This document shows, piece by piece, positions 23,022 to 34,600 of a stretch of 64,000 nt of DNA (position 1 is the first letter of the stretch; each line of letters starts with the position of its first letter). Location of the stretch: assembly GCF_963506605.1 (NCBI RefSeq), contig NC_083277.1:18476001-18540000 (forward strand). The letters are read 5' to 3'. Below the pieces are notes generated by a model. The model was given only the letters and a program-made list of their open reading frames with translations. It ran no database searches and was not told where the DNA came from. This stretch comes from Zootoca vivipara (lineage: Eukaryota). The position numbers and the translations under genes are program-made.

Positions 23022-23111
23022 CATAACTGCCAAGTTCTCCCTTTTTTTAAGGGAAATTCCCTTATGCTGAATAGGCTTCCTCGCGAGAAAAGGGAAAACT
23101 TGGCAGCTATG
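23022..23111. mobile_element. 90-bp hAT MITE (TIR CATAGCTGCCAAGTT)
   Basis: 8-bp TSD ATGCCATG. Near-identical copies at 40429-40518 and 50493-50582. Confidence 0.9.
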
Positions 23112-23339
23112 ATGCCATGGCTCTAGTGCAGGGTTTCCCAAACTTAGCTCTCCAGCTGTTTTTGGACTACAATTCCCAGCATCCCTGAACACTGGTCCTG
23201 CTAGCTAGGGATGATGGGAGTTGTAGTCCAAAAGCCGCTGGAGACCCACGTTTGGGAAACCCTGCGCTGGGGTTTCAGGCCAGCAGAAGAACCCTGAGAC
23301 ACCAAACAGTCGCCCCATTGCAAATGTCTACTGCCTTCT

Positions 23340-24235
23340 TATAGGGCTCCCCGCCGCCCGGCATGTGCTTGTCTCCGAGAGACTTCGAAACCCAGCCTTC
23401 GCCGACTGCCGCGGGGATAAGCTGCGCTTCGGTTAAAATTAACAGTACGCACGCGCCATCTCCCGAAACAACGCGATAAAACGCGACGGAGAGACAAAAA
23501 AAGTTTAACTTGTAAAATCTCTATACCTATATTCAGAGGTGCCCAAAATAAATAAATCGACAACCGAATATCGGAAGCGTTACAAAACGTCGCAAGACGT
23601 GGTGGGGTGGGGGCGAAATATAAGAAAAACAAGATAAATTTCCTCAGCAACCGCTTCTTCAGCATCCAAGCTGCCATTTTGAATCGGAAGTAGAGGGTGG
23701 TTACAGGCGCGCGTGCACGGAACAAACCACGCGAGAACTTCGTTCGCCGAGAGAGAGTGAGAACGTAGCCGCGCATGCGTGTGGCGCGCCGGAAGCCGGT
23801 AGCCCGTGCATAAGGTTCTGGGTAACCCCGCGCCTGGCCCTTTTTTGCCTCTGCGAGCGAGCGAAACGCGGGGAGGAGAGCGAAGCGCCTCCATGTGAGT
23901 TTCTACGGAGGGGAAAAAAGGGGTGGAAACCGGAGGCTTATTGGGGGGCAGTGAGGGGGTAATACTATCAACCAGCGTGAAGGCCAGAAAAAGGCCTCCT
24001 GAGGGGCCGGGAAGGAGGGAGGCGCAGAGAAATCGAGGGCGGCGGTAAAGCCACTGTACGGGGAGGCCCCGCTTCAGATCCCGCCTGACTGCTGAGCTGG
24101 CCACGTGGCTGCTCGTCATCCCTCTGTGCTACTCCGCAGGGTTGTTGTGAAGAAGGGAGACGGAGGACAATTTGCGCCTCCCTCCCTCGGCTCCTGGAGG
24201 CGGGAGTGGGGGAAACGGCGGGATGCGGGGGGGGG
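23340..24235 (+). promoter_or_regulatory. RPS5 CpG-island promoter
   Basis: CpG-dense. YY1-like GCCATTTT 23673-23680, ETS/GABP CGGAAGT 23685-23691 and GCCGGAAG 23788-23795, NRF1-like GCGCATGCG 23771-23779, weak TATA-like CATAAG 23809-23814 about 30 nt before the pyrimidine initiator. Confidence 0.85.
23838..23894 (+). other. RPS5: RPS5 non-coding exon 1 with 5'-TOP tract
   Basis: CCCTTTTTTGCCTCT at 23838-23852 is a ribosomal-protein TCT/TOP start. Donor CAT|gtgagt at 23894/23895. Exact TSS is approximate. Confidence 0.8.
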
Positions 24236-25361
24236 AATGTGATGAGATTTTTTTAAGCAATAGTCGTTTTAAGAAGGGAAGGCGAGCGAGCTTAGCTTTC
24301 TCCCCACCTGGCCTTGGTTAGCTGATTGCTTCATTGCCGTGGGTTGGACCAAATGACCCTTTTTGGGGGGGGGGGTCCCTTCCAACCCTACAATTGTGTG
24401 ATACACTTCAGCCAGGCTTTCAAGTCGTATTTAGCCCCACCAATTTTATATGAGGCCCATTTCAAGAGCCCTCCCTTTCTTTCACCACTTCACAAAAGGG
24501 AAAAGTTAGGTCCGATTTTGCAGATCTGCTCCCCACTTTTGCTTAAGAAAGATGTAAGGGACCAAGCCTGCAGTCATACACTTTTGACACTTTGTGCAAA
24601 GATAGCATTTCATTTCTTTTTATTTGTTGCACAAGTCAGCTTGTGTTGTCTCATTTGCATTATCGCAAGGGTTTAGGGTGCCAGATCTTCACATTCAGAA
24701 GGAGGGTGCAAAACAGTGCCCTAACTTTCTAGACAAGAATACAGCAACATTACAGGTAGCTAAGATGATGGCCTCTGTATATTGTTTAACGGCAGCTCCC
24801 ATCAGCCCCAACCAGCATGGCTAGTGGTCAGGAATGATGGGAGCTGAAGTTTATCAACATATGATGGGCACCATGTTGGCCAATTTTGATGTATTCATTT
24901 ATTGTGGAAACGAATCGAGTGGTGGATCTGATAGTGAGCAAGGTAACCCAGATTTGAATGAATTAGCATATGGTATTTTGAGTTCTGTACAGTACATGGC
25001 ACAAACAGATAGGGAATCTGTATTCAGTGTCTGGGTGCATATGATAAACAGTCAATGAATTGTATATGGGCTGTATTAAAGATGTTGAATGCGGGATGTA
25101 GCTCACATAATTGATACCTATCCAAACCTGTGCAATAATCTTGCAGCTTGCTTTGTGTCTTCACAAGATTTGATGTCCTGTGTACCAGTAAAGGGTGACA
25201 GCTCATACCTTTCATGTGCATAAAGGTACTTGACCCTGCTATATAAAAAAATCCCTTTTGTGTGGCAGCCAGTATAGGTTCAGTTTGCATATTCTATCGG
25301 AGCCATTGAAGGGTAGATCGGGCCAATTCAGGACCTAATAGCTATTTATTCCACCTCTAGA

Positions 25362-25466
25362 ATGACTGACTGGGAGACAGCCCCTGCTGTGGCAGAGACC
25401 CCTGATATCAAGCTGTTTGGGAAATGGAGCACAGATGATGTGCAGATCAGTGACATCTCCTTGCAG
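25362..25466 (+). CDS. RPS5: 40S ribosomal protein S5 (uS7), coding exon 1
   Basis: ctctag|[39 protein letters not shown]. The five coding exons sum to 612 nt (203 aa). Confidence 0.98.
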
Positions 25467-25583
25467 GTATGGAACAAGGTTGTAAACAAACTGGGCAGAG
25501 CTCCAGGGCAGCGTTGTCTTCCGGTTGAGAATGAGCTTGCACCCATGCTTGTTCCCTAATACTTTTTCCTTATGCTTCTTTAG

Positions 25584-25832
<249 letters not shown>

Positions 25833-27003
25833 TGACATATTGTGAGATGGGCTTTTGATCCTAGAGGCTAGAGGGAGAGGAGATGGATAAACGCCCACCA
25901 GAAAGAAATATCTGGTGTGACTTGAGGCCTAGCTATGCACATTGAAGATTAGTTGACTAAGAAATGTGTTTTAGTCATCTAAAGAGCAAGTGAATGTTCT
26001 TTCTACTCACTAGCAGTGTATTTTGGTAAGAATAGTTCAGTGTGTGTTGATTCAGAAGGCAAGCAATAGAAAAATCTAAGTTCCTTCCCAACTCATCAGA
26101 CACAAATTGTGTTGACTGCTGTGGCCCATTACACACTTCCCATAATTTTCAGTGTGATGCAAAGTACTGTGTTTCTCAGAATATGTTTGGGTATTGGTCG
26201 AGGTAAAGGTTTTTAATCCATTCCCTAAGGTCCAATGAGATACATGGATTGCTAAATATGTATGTTACAATCTTATTTTCCCACTTGACAGATTAAAAAC
26301 TATCAGATCAAATTGGTTCTGACTCACATCCACTTGAGAGTTCTTAAAGTACTCATAAATGAAATTGTGGGTTTCCTAATACATATAAGTGATTTGTTCC
26401 TAAAATCAATCTCCATTCTTGCAAGGTTTCCAGAACTACCATAGTACGACTTGGTTTGTGTTGGGTTTTTAGCAGGTGTTAAGCAGTTAGCATTTTCACA
26501 AGTGTTTTAATTGTATTATTAGACAGCTCTAGTGAAGGTTTCCACTACCAAGCCTTCTGGATATGTTGGGGTGAAAATTCAGCTCCCCCAAAGTACAGAA
26601 TTGCATAGGTTTGCATTTACTGGGCTATCCTGATTTGCTATGCATTTGTGTTTCCTATATTATTAGTAATACTCTTATATACTAAGAGCATTTATGTGAA
26701 TTAACTTTTGGGCAGGTCTCCCTTTCACTTGGGATGAAATTTGCAGGTTTTGTGGATGGGCTTACATGATTCTTCTCAGTTCCTTAAGTATATATTACCT
26801 TTGTTGTTTAGCCTTGTTTTTTTGTTTTTAGTTTGGAGGAATTGTTTCTCTCATTGGAAGGATTGTACCAGTGGTAACTGTAGAATAGTTCATAGACCAA
26901 TTTTATTGTCTAGGAAGATGGGAGGCCTTGTCACTAACTTCCTGTAAGTCAAATAAAAAAATTCCTTCAGTAGCACCTTAAAGACCAACAAAGTTTTTAT
27001 TTT

Positions 27004-27043
27004 GGTATGAGCTTTCGTGTGCATGCACACTTCTTCAGATACC
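27004..27043 (-). ncRNA. Minimal type I hammerhead ribozyme motif in an RPS5 intron (antisense to RPS5)
   Basis: Minus strand: GGUAU-CUGAAGA-A-GUGUGCAUGCACAC-GAAA-GC-UC-AUACC with a perfect 5-bp stem I. It sits in a ~100-bp insertion (26952-27050) with TSD ACTTCCTGTAAGTCA. Confidence 0.75.
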
Positions 27044-27220
27044 TTAAATGACTTCCTGTAAGTCATTTCTGGTATATGAACCTAGAATATTTTTTGCTAA
27101 TCTTCACTTGTGTGGGCTGTGTCCATTATACAGAAGGGGAAAGTGAGTCTGAAGAGATGTGTCTTATGCAAGTCATGATATTGGCTGTGGTTAGAAGCTG
27201 TACGTTACTCTGTGGAGTAG

Positions 27221-27415
<195 letters not shown>

Positions 27416-27561
27416 TGACCGTGGAATGAACTCCCTTGGGAGGTGGTTTTTAAGCAGAGGTTGGATGGACAGCTGTCGGGGTGCTTTAGTTGAGATTCCT
27501 GCATTGCAGGGGGTTGGACTGGTTGATCCTCAGGGTCGCTTCCAACTCTACAATTCTATGA

Positions 27562-27744
<183 letters not shown>

Positions 27745-28551
27745 TAAGAGCAAGTTCCTTCAGTGGGGTTTAAGTAGCTTCCTGACAGTGGAACATTCTA
27801 AGCTTTTTTACTGTTATTCTAGTGTGTGGCTAATTAATTTCCTGTTTTGGAAGCAGTTTAACTGCTTCTTCTTCTTAATTTTGAAAACATTTTTCTAGTA
27901 GTGTCGTGTTCTTGTGTTTTATGTTTTTAAGTTTTATGCAAGAGCAGCGCTTTCCTGAAAGGCGGTGTAGGAATAAGTAAATTGTTGTCACTTGGAAATC
28001 AGCAGCAGGGTTTTCAAAGCCAGATGCAGGATGGTAAATAGGGCTCTCATTATAACTCCAGGAGTGAATTGGTTTGCGGTGATAGTTGTCCTAAACTGCA
28101 AAATATACAATTGCAGCACTCCTTGAAGTTTTTAGCTGTAAGTTGCCTAAGAGATGCCTTGTGCAGCAGTAGGGACAGTTCCTGAAACTGAGGCATTGTC
28201 ACAGCAGCCCACAGTTTCTGTATGTCCAGCTGTTAACAGCATTCTCAGTCAACATAATCCCTCTTGTAAGATGGTTGCTTGACATGCAACCTGGTATTTG
28301 GCCCAAAAATCTTAATGGTGTTGTGGGATTGAAATCATAATCTTAAATAGCTGAAAAGGTATCCATGATGTGTGTACACCAGTTGCTGCAACTATTCTGT
28401 AGCAACTCCTTCAGCTGTTCATTGGAAGGGTGACTGTGTGAAGGTGTATGTGACTGGAATCGCCACCTATTGGGAAGACGTTATTTGAGCAAATTGCTTC
28501 AGGCTGCTTGTGTGTGTATGTTTGTATCTCACGGTTGCTTCCCATTTCTAG

Positions 28552-28620
28552 GGTTCCTCCAACTCTTATGCCATCAAGAAAAAGGACGAGTTGGAGCGTG
28601 TGGCCAAGTCCAACCGTTAA
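28552..28620 (+). CDS. RPS5: RPS5 last coding exon
   Basis: GSSNSYAIKKKDELERVAKSNR*, 69 nt. Confidence 0.98.
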   Translation, partial: GSSNSYAIKKKDELERVAKSNR

Positions 28621-28655
28621 AGAACTGCTGCTGCTGCTGCTGGATATCCAAAGCA

Positions 28656-28661
28656 AATAAA
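28656..28661 (+). terminator. Polyadenylation signal of RPS5
   Basis: AATAAA 35 nt after the stop, followed by a GT/T-rich downstream element. Confidence 0.8.
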
Positions 28662-31600
28662 TTCTCATTTTCACACTGTTTTGCTTCTCTTCCTTGCGAT
28701 CCACCTTCTTCTGAAGCATGTGGAGCTATGCCCAAAAAGAGAATCTGTGTTGTGATGTAGCAGTAGACTTGTCAGTTGCTTGATATCACAAGTGGGGAGA
28801 GTTGCTGTCACACTCAAGTCCTGCTTGTGGTCTCTCTACAGGCACCTGATTGACTACTTGGAGAGTATGCTGGACAACATAGACCCATGATCAGATCTAG
28901 TTTGGCTGTTGTGTTCTTAAATAAATTAACAGCAACAACCAATCCAGAACCACAGCTAAAACAACTGAAACTGTTAAAGCTAGCATAAACTGCACCCAGC
29001 GGGAACTTGGTGCAGAAAGTAAAGCACTCCTAGATTGTGATTAAAAGCCTGGGAGAGAACAAGAAGCTCTCCTTATCATTTGCCCTGAAATAACATAGCG
29101 CAGGCACCAGGTGAGCCTGTGGTGGGGCTACCATTGAAAAGGTCCTCTCCCTAGCAACTGCCTAAGTTACTTCATTAGACACCTGGAAAAATGCCTTTGG
29201 ATATCTCCTGCAAGCCACCTAGATGCCTACTTAGTAGACCCCCAATATGTGTTTTGCCCACTTCTGTTCTGTTCTAAAGGAATGTGGAAGAGTTGCTGTT
29301 TCCTGGAGCTCTCTGTCATTTTCATGTCTTCGGGAGCAGAAGAGTTAGGTTACCTTGTTTGTTTTACCCTCAGTCAGGGATAAGTTAGTACAGCTCAGAC
29401 CTTTGTGCTTAAAAACGGTCATTTGGAATGACATCCTTTGCTGCAAGACATCCAGTCTGTGGACATTTTTCATTTCCAGTTTCTCTAGGAAGGCTGCATT
29501 CAGCTATTTGTGTTCATGATCTGCACAAGTCAAAGGTTTCACAGGTCAGTCATGCCTGCAAACCACACAAATCTTGGGTTTTGAATTGCTCCGAACAAAC
29601 TTGTCTCCTTTCTGTAAAACTTGGTCTTTCACTAAGCAAAATACAACAGGGTTATTTGTTTAGAAAGGGAATTCCAAATTTGCATGTGTCTATTGATGCT
29701 GGGTGTGCATCCTTCACCAAGTGCACTACAAAAATTCCATGCCAAGCAGAGTTTCACTTCCCCAAAGAATTTACAGAAGTGACTTTGGCATGGTAAAAGT
29801 TGGGAAAGGGCTGTTACTTAGTGGTTCCAACACCACCTTTGTATCCGGAGGCCAGGTTTAATCTTTTCTTAAATTTGCAGCTCCAGGATGAGAGATTGTA
29901 TTGCAATTTGGTGCGCATAAATACAAGTTGTGGAATTTATCAAATGCCAAAAAGCCGAAGGGCTTTCCACATCCCCCTCCAATCAGCCTCGACTTCTGTA
30001 CATGGAGTCTGGTTAGCTAACATGGATCATGGTTACAGGTCTGTGGAGATATCAAAGCTGTTTGACTGTACGTCCTTGTCCTCTGTCATTTCAGATAATG
30101 GATGAGGAAACACTTTGTCTCCCATTATCCCTGAGCATTGGCCATACGGGGTGGAGTTGATAGAAGTTAAGAGTTGAATGGCATCTGGAGAGCTGCAGGT
30201 TCACATAGGGGGAAATCGCCAAACAACTTTTTGAAAGGGGTTTGCTGAAATCAAAGGATTCAGGGGTGAATCCAGTGTCCACATACAGTGGTACCTAGAC
30301 GCAAAACGGACGCTTTGACAACCGAAGGATTCGACTTACGAAGAGCGCTGTGGAACGGATCGCCTTCGTAAGTCGAGGTACCACTGTAAATTAACTGGCA
30401 CCACCTGCTCTGCAAAATGTGCGTCCTCGTGATGGCAAGCAGATCAGTGTTCCCCAGTTGTCCCTACTAAGATCCTGTGGGGCAGGTCCTCCCTGTCTGG
30501 CTGCATGTCCGTCACCCAACGCCACCTGAAGCAAGTCACAACCACATACCAGGCCACTGGGTTTACCCCCCAGGGGTAGTGGCTTCCTGTTGGTCAAAAA
30601 TGCCCTTGGAATGACATGGGACAGATCTTCCGGTTTGGTCCTGTCTCACCAGCATGTACGTTCCGCGTTCCAGGACAGGTCCTTGAGGTGGTTCCCTTAA
30701 GGGCAGGTTGGCAGAAGAGACTGACTTTCAGGAGGATGCAACTCATCCGGATGCGCTCCTATGGAAGCCCTGTTGCAACAACGCAAGGCAACTCATACGC
30801 AGGTCCTGCTTGGAAGCATAGAATTGTAGAGTTGGAAGGGACGCTGAGGATCATTTAGTCCAGGCATCCCCAAACTTCGGCCCTCCAGATGTTTCCCCGA
30901 CCACTGGTCCTGTTAGCTAGGGATCATGGGAGTTGTAGGCCAAAACATCTGGAGGGCCGCAGTTTGGGGGTGCCTGATCTAGTCCAACCCCCTGCAATGC
31001 AGGAATATCTCTTGTGAATGAAGAGATAGTTGTGGGGAATCTGGTCTTCTGAGATTGTGCCAAGACAATGCCCATCAGTTCCCAGCAAGCATAGCCAATG
31101 GCCAGGGATGATGGGAGGAGTAGTTCTGCAACATCAAAGGCCAAGATTTCAATTCCGTAACAATGAAATTATTATATGTTATTATTTATTAAATTTGTAT
31201 ACCGCCCTGTACCCGCAGGTCTCGGCAGTTCACAACATAAAAAGAAAATATGTAATAAAAACAACCCCCTCCTCAACACATTTTAAAAGGGCATTGGATT
31301 TTAAAACCTCTGCAGCAGAGATTTCCGTGTGCAACCGAGGACTGGTTTAAAACTGTTGCAGAAACAGCCCAAGGGTCGCGCAACACAAAACGCTTTTTAT
31401 GATTCTTTTGCTAGCAGAAAATGCCCATTGCTTTTTGGAGCTCACCAAAAGATAATGCCAACAGGTGGCAGCCTTCCTTAGTCAAGGAGATAAAGCAGCA
31501 GGAGCAGGAAAGTTGCCTTGCCGGTGATTTACAGAGTAACCACTTTGTGGCAGAGGCTTTTAATTTAATTTTTGTTGTGGTTGTATTCTGCAACATGTTC

Positions 31601-34600
31601 TAGGCCAGGGTTTCCCAAATGTGGGTCTCCAGCTGGTTTTGGACTACAACTCCCACCATCCTCAGCTAGTAGGGATGATGGGAATCGTAGTCTGAAAACA
31701 GCTGGGGGACCCAAGTTTGGGAAACGCTGGTTTAGACACATCGGGACATGGGAAGCTGCCTTGTATTGAGTCAAACCAGTGTTTCTCAACCTTTTTTGGG
31801 CCAAGGCACACTTGTTCCATGAAAAAAATCACGAGGCACACCACCATTAAAAAAGTTAAAAAATTTAACTCTGTGCCTATATTGACTATATATAAGGGTA
31901 GGAACAGAGATAACAATTGTGACTGGGGATGGTAGCCTTATTGTGGAATTATTATTGGTGTTGTTGAGTTGAGAGCTATAATCTTGCAATCACACACTTA
32001 TCTATATTTTCACAGAGGGAGGCAGAGGGGAAGTGAAGGCAGTGAAAGTAAGGGGAGAGGGCAAAATAAGGTAGTGGGTGGGAGGGAGAAGGAAAGTTTT
32101 TCCTGGGGAGGGAGATATTGATGGGGAAGCGGAAGGGTTCTTTTGGTTTTGGCTTTTTGTTGCTTGTTTTCCTTTTTCCTTTATCTTTGTCCTGGGGGGG
32201 TGTTGGTGTGGTGGCCGTTGGGGGGGGTCGGGGGTTTCCCTCTGGGGGGGAGAGGTTCCCTACCCTCTCACCTGGGTTGGGGGGTGGCGAGGGGCCCTCT
32301 CCTCCCTATCTTTCCCTTTTCCCTTTCTTCTCTTCCCTACTCCTCCTTGGGGGTGGTTGTTTCGGCGGCAGCAACGGCGCCAGCGGAATCGGGGCGTCCC
32401 TTGGCTCCCGGTGCCCCGGTTCTCCACGTGGCTCCCCGATGCGGTGATCCCTCACCTGGGGGGGCTCCCTCCTTTTCCTCTTCTCCTGGGGCTGGCGATG
32501 GCTGTGGCGACGAGGCAGGGCCGTCGCGTGGTGGGAGGTCCCGGGCTTCGGAGCTCTTCCAGGCCGCAGGCCGGGCGCCTTTGGGTTAGGTCCGGCGGGC
32601 TCGCTGGGGGGCTTTAGCGGCTCCCCGCTTGATCCGCCGGGCGATTCCGACGCCCACGCGGCTGCTGCGGAGTCCGCGGCCGCCACGGAGTCCGCAGCCC
32701 GGCGAGTGTTCTCGGGCCTTGAGGCCCAGGGGTCCGTTGATCCTCCGGCCACGCGCCATCTTGCCTCGCCGGAAGTCCGCCAGGCACGTGACAATGCAAA
32801 TCGCCCTTCTCGTCGCCGCACGTCGCGGCACACCAGCCAGCGTCTCGCGGCACACTACCTTTCGCAGCTTTGTGAAAACGGGAATTTTGGAAGGTGCAGT
32901 TGTTGTGCCCAGGGGTGGTGGTGGTAGGTGGGGTGGAGAAAAGCACGAATCTGCACACACTCCTTCTACACTTTGAGGAAGAGGAACCTGTGTCCCTCCA
33001 TGTTTTGTTGGACTGACTCCAACTCATATCAGGTCAGGGATGCTGCGAGATGTAAGACCAGCGCTCTATCGCCCTTCCTCTGCCCTGCACTCTTAAAGAT
33101 CCAGGGGTGCAGTTTTTCACTTGTCGCGTCGTTCTTTCACTAGATAGCGTGGAGCAGTTTTTGCCAACGGGGCACCCTCCCAACATTTTGGGCTACAAAG
33201 CCCCACATGCGCTGGCTTTGGGGAGTTGTAGTCCAACTTGGGGACACCCGGTTGGCAAAGATTGGCGTAGAGCAGGGGTGGCCAACTTCCAAGAGACTGC
33301 AATCTACTCACAGAGTTAAAAACTGGCAGTGATCTACCCCCTTTTGGGGGTTCACATAAAAGTTGTTGAGCTTCTTTAGGGGGGAGGAAAGCGACATTGA
33401 GCTTTTTTTTAAGGAAGGAAAGCCCTGTTTTTGGTGGTTCAGGTCATTTTAGGGGTGTAGGGCAAAGATGTTGAGTTATTTTTAGGGGAGCCAAAGTTTT
33501 TAAGCTTTGGGGGGGAGCCACTAGAATCATAGAATCATAGAGTTGGAAGAGACCACAAGGGCCATCCAGTCCAACCCCCTGCCAAGCAGGAAACACCATC
33601 AAAGCATTCTTGACATATGCCTGTCAAGCCTCTGCTTAAAGACCTCCAAAGAAGGAGACTCCACCACACTCCTTGGTAGCAAATTCCACTGCCGAACAGC
33701 TCTTACTGTCACTAATCTTCTGATGATCTACCACAGATGTCCAGTGATCTACCGGTAGATCACGATCTACCTGTTGGACATGCCTGGTGTAGAGGATCAA
33801 ACAGGTTTCTCATGCACAGCACAAGGTGGCCAATGTGAAGGGGGAGCTCCTCTTCATCGTTGAGGTCCCCCCCCCTCAAGGTTCTCTTCTGAGTTTTTTT
33901 CCAGTCCTGGCAAGGGCAAAACACAGATCCGGTTCTGTCGGCTGTGGGAGTTGTGGGCTGGTTAGGCAAGTCAGACTTGAACAGGGACCAGGCAAGTCTT
34001 CAGGAACCTCAACCGTCTTGTGTTGTGCTGTTGGGGCAGATGTCGGGTGTCACCCCTCCTTCTGAGAATGGGCAGGAGGCAACGAAGAGGTCTAGCTTCA
34101 GGTGACAGTCCAAGTGTTGTTGTTTTTTTGGCAGGGGGGGAGGGTGTATTCTAGTAGCAAACCTGGGAGCCTGTCAGCTTCAAAGTGTGTGTAGAAGTAC
34201 AGTACAGTGGTGCCTTGCGTTACAGATGCTTCAGGTTTCAGACTCCGCTAGCCCAGAAATAGTACCTCGGGTTAAGAACTTTGGTTCAGCATGAGAACAG
34301 AAATCGTGTGGTGGTGGTATGGTGGCAACGGGAGGCCCCATTAGCTAAAGTGGTACCTCAGGTTAAGAACAGTTTCAGGTTAAGAACGGACCTCCAGGAC
34401 GAATTAAGTTCGTAACCCGAGGTACCACTGTATATAAAATTTTGTAAATCAAACCTCCTTTGATAGGTCTCCTTTGAGCTTCTATCCTTAAATAATACAG
34501 GTGGCAGTTGTGCCCATAAAGAGAAAGAGAGAGAGATTATTTGTTTCTTTCTTTACTATTAATTTCCCACCCCACCCTTCCTCTCAAAGAAGCCCAGGGA

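Noticed and set aside
24236-24328. C/D-box snoRNA in RPS5 intron 1 (GTGATGA...CTGA)
   Set aside because: The terminal stem is poor and I recognised no rRNA-complementary guide of 10 nt or more.
32078-33027. Several long overlapping ORFs
   Set aside because: Low-complexity translations expected from GC-rich, stop-poor DNA, with no recognisable domain.
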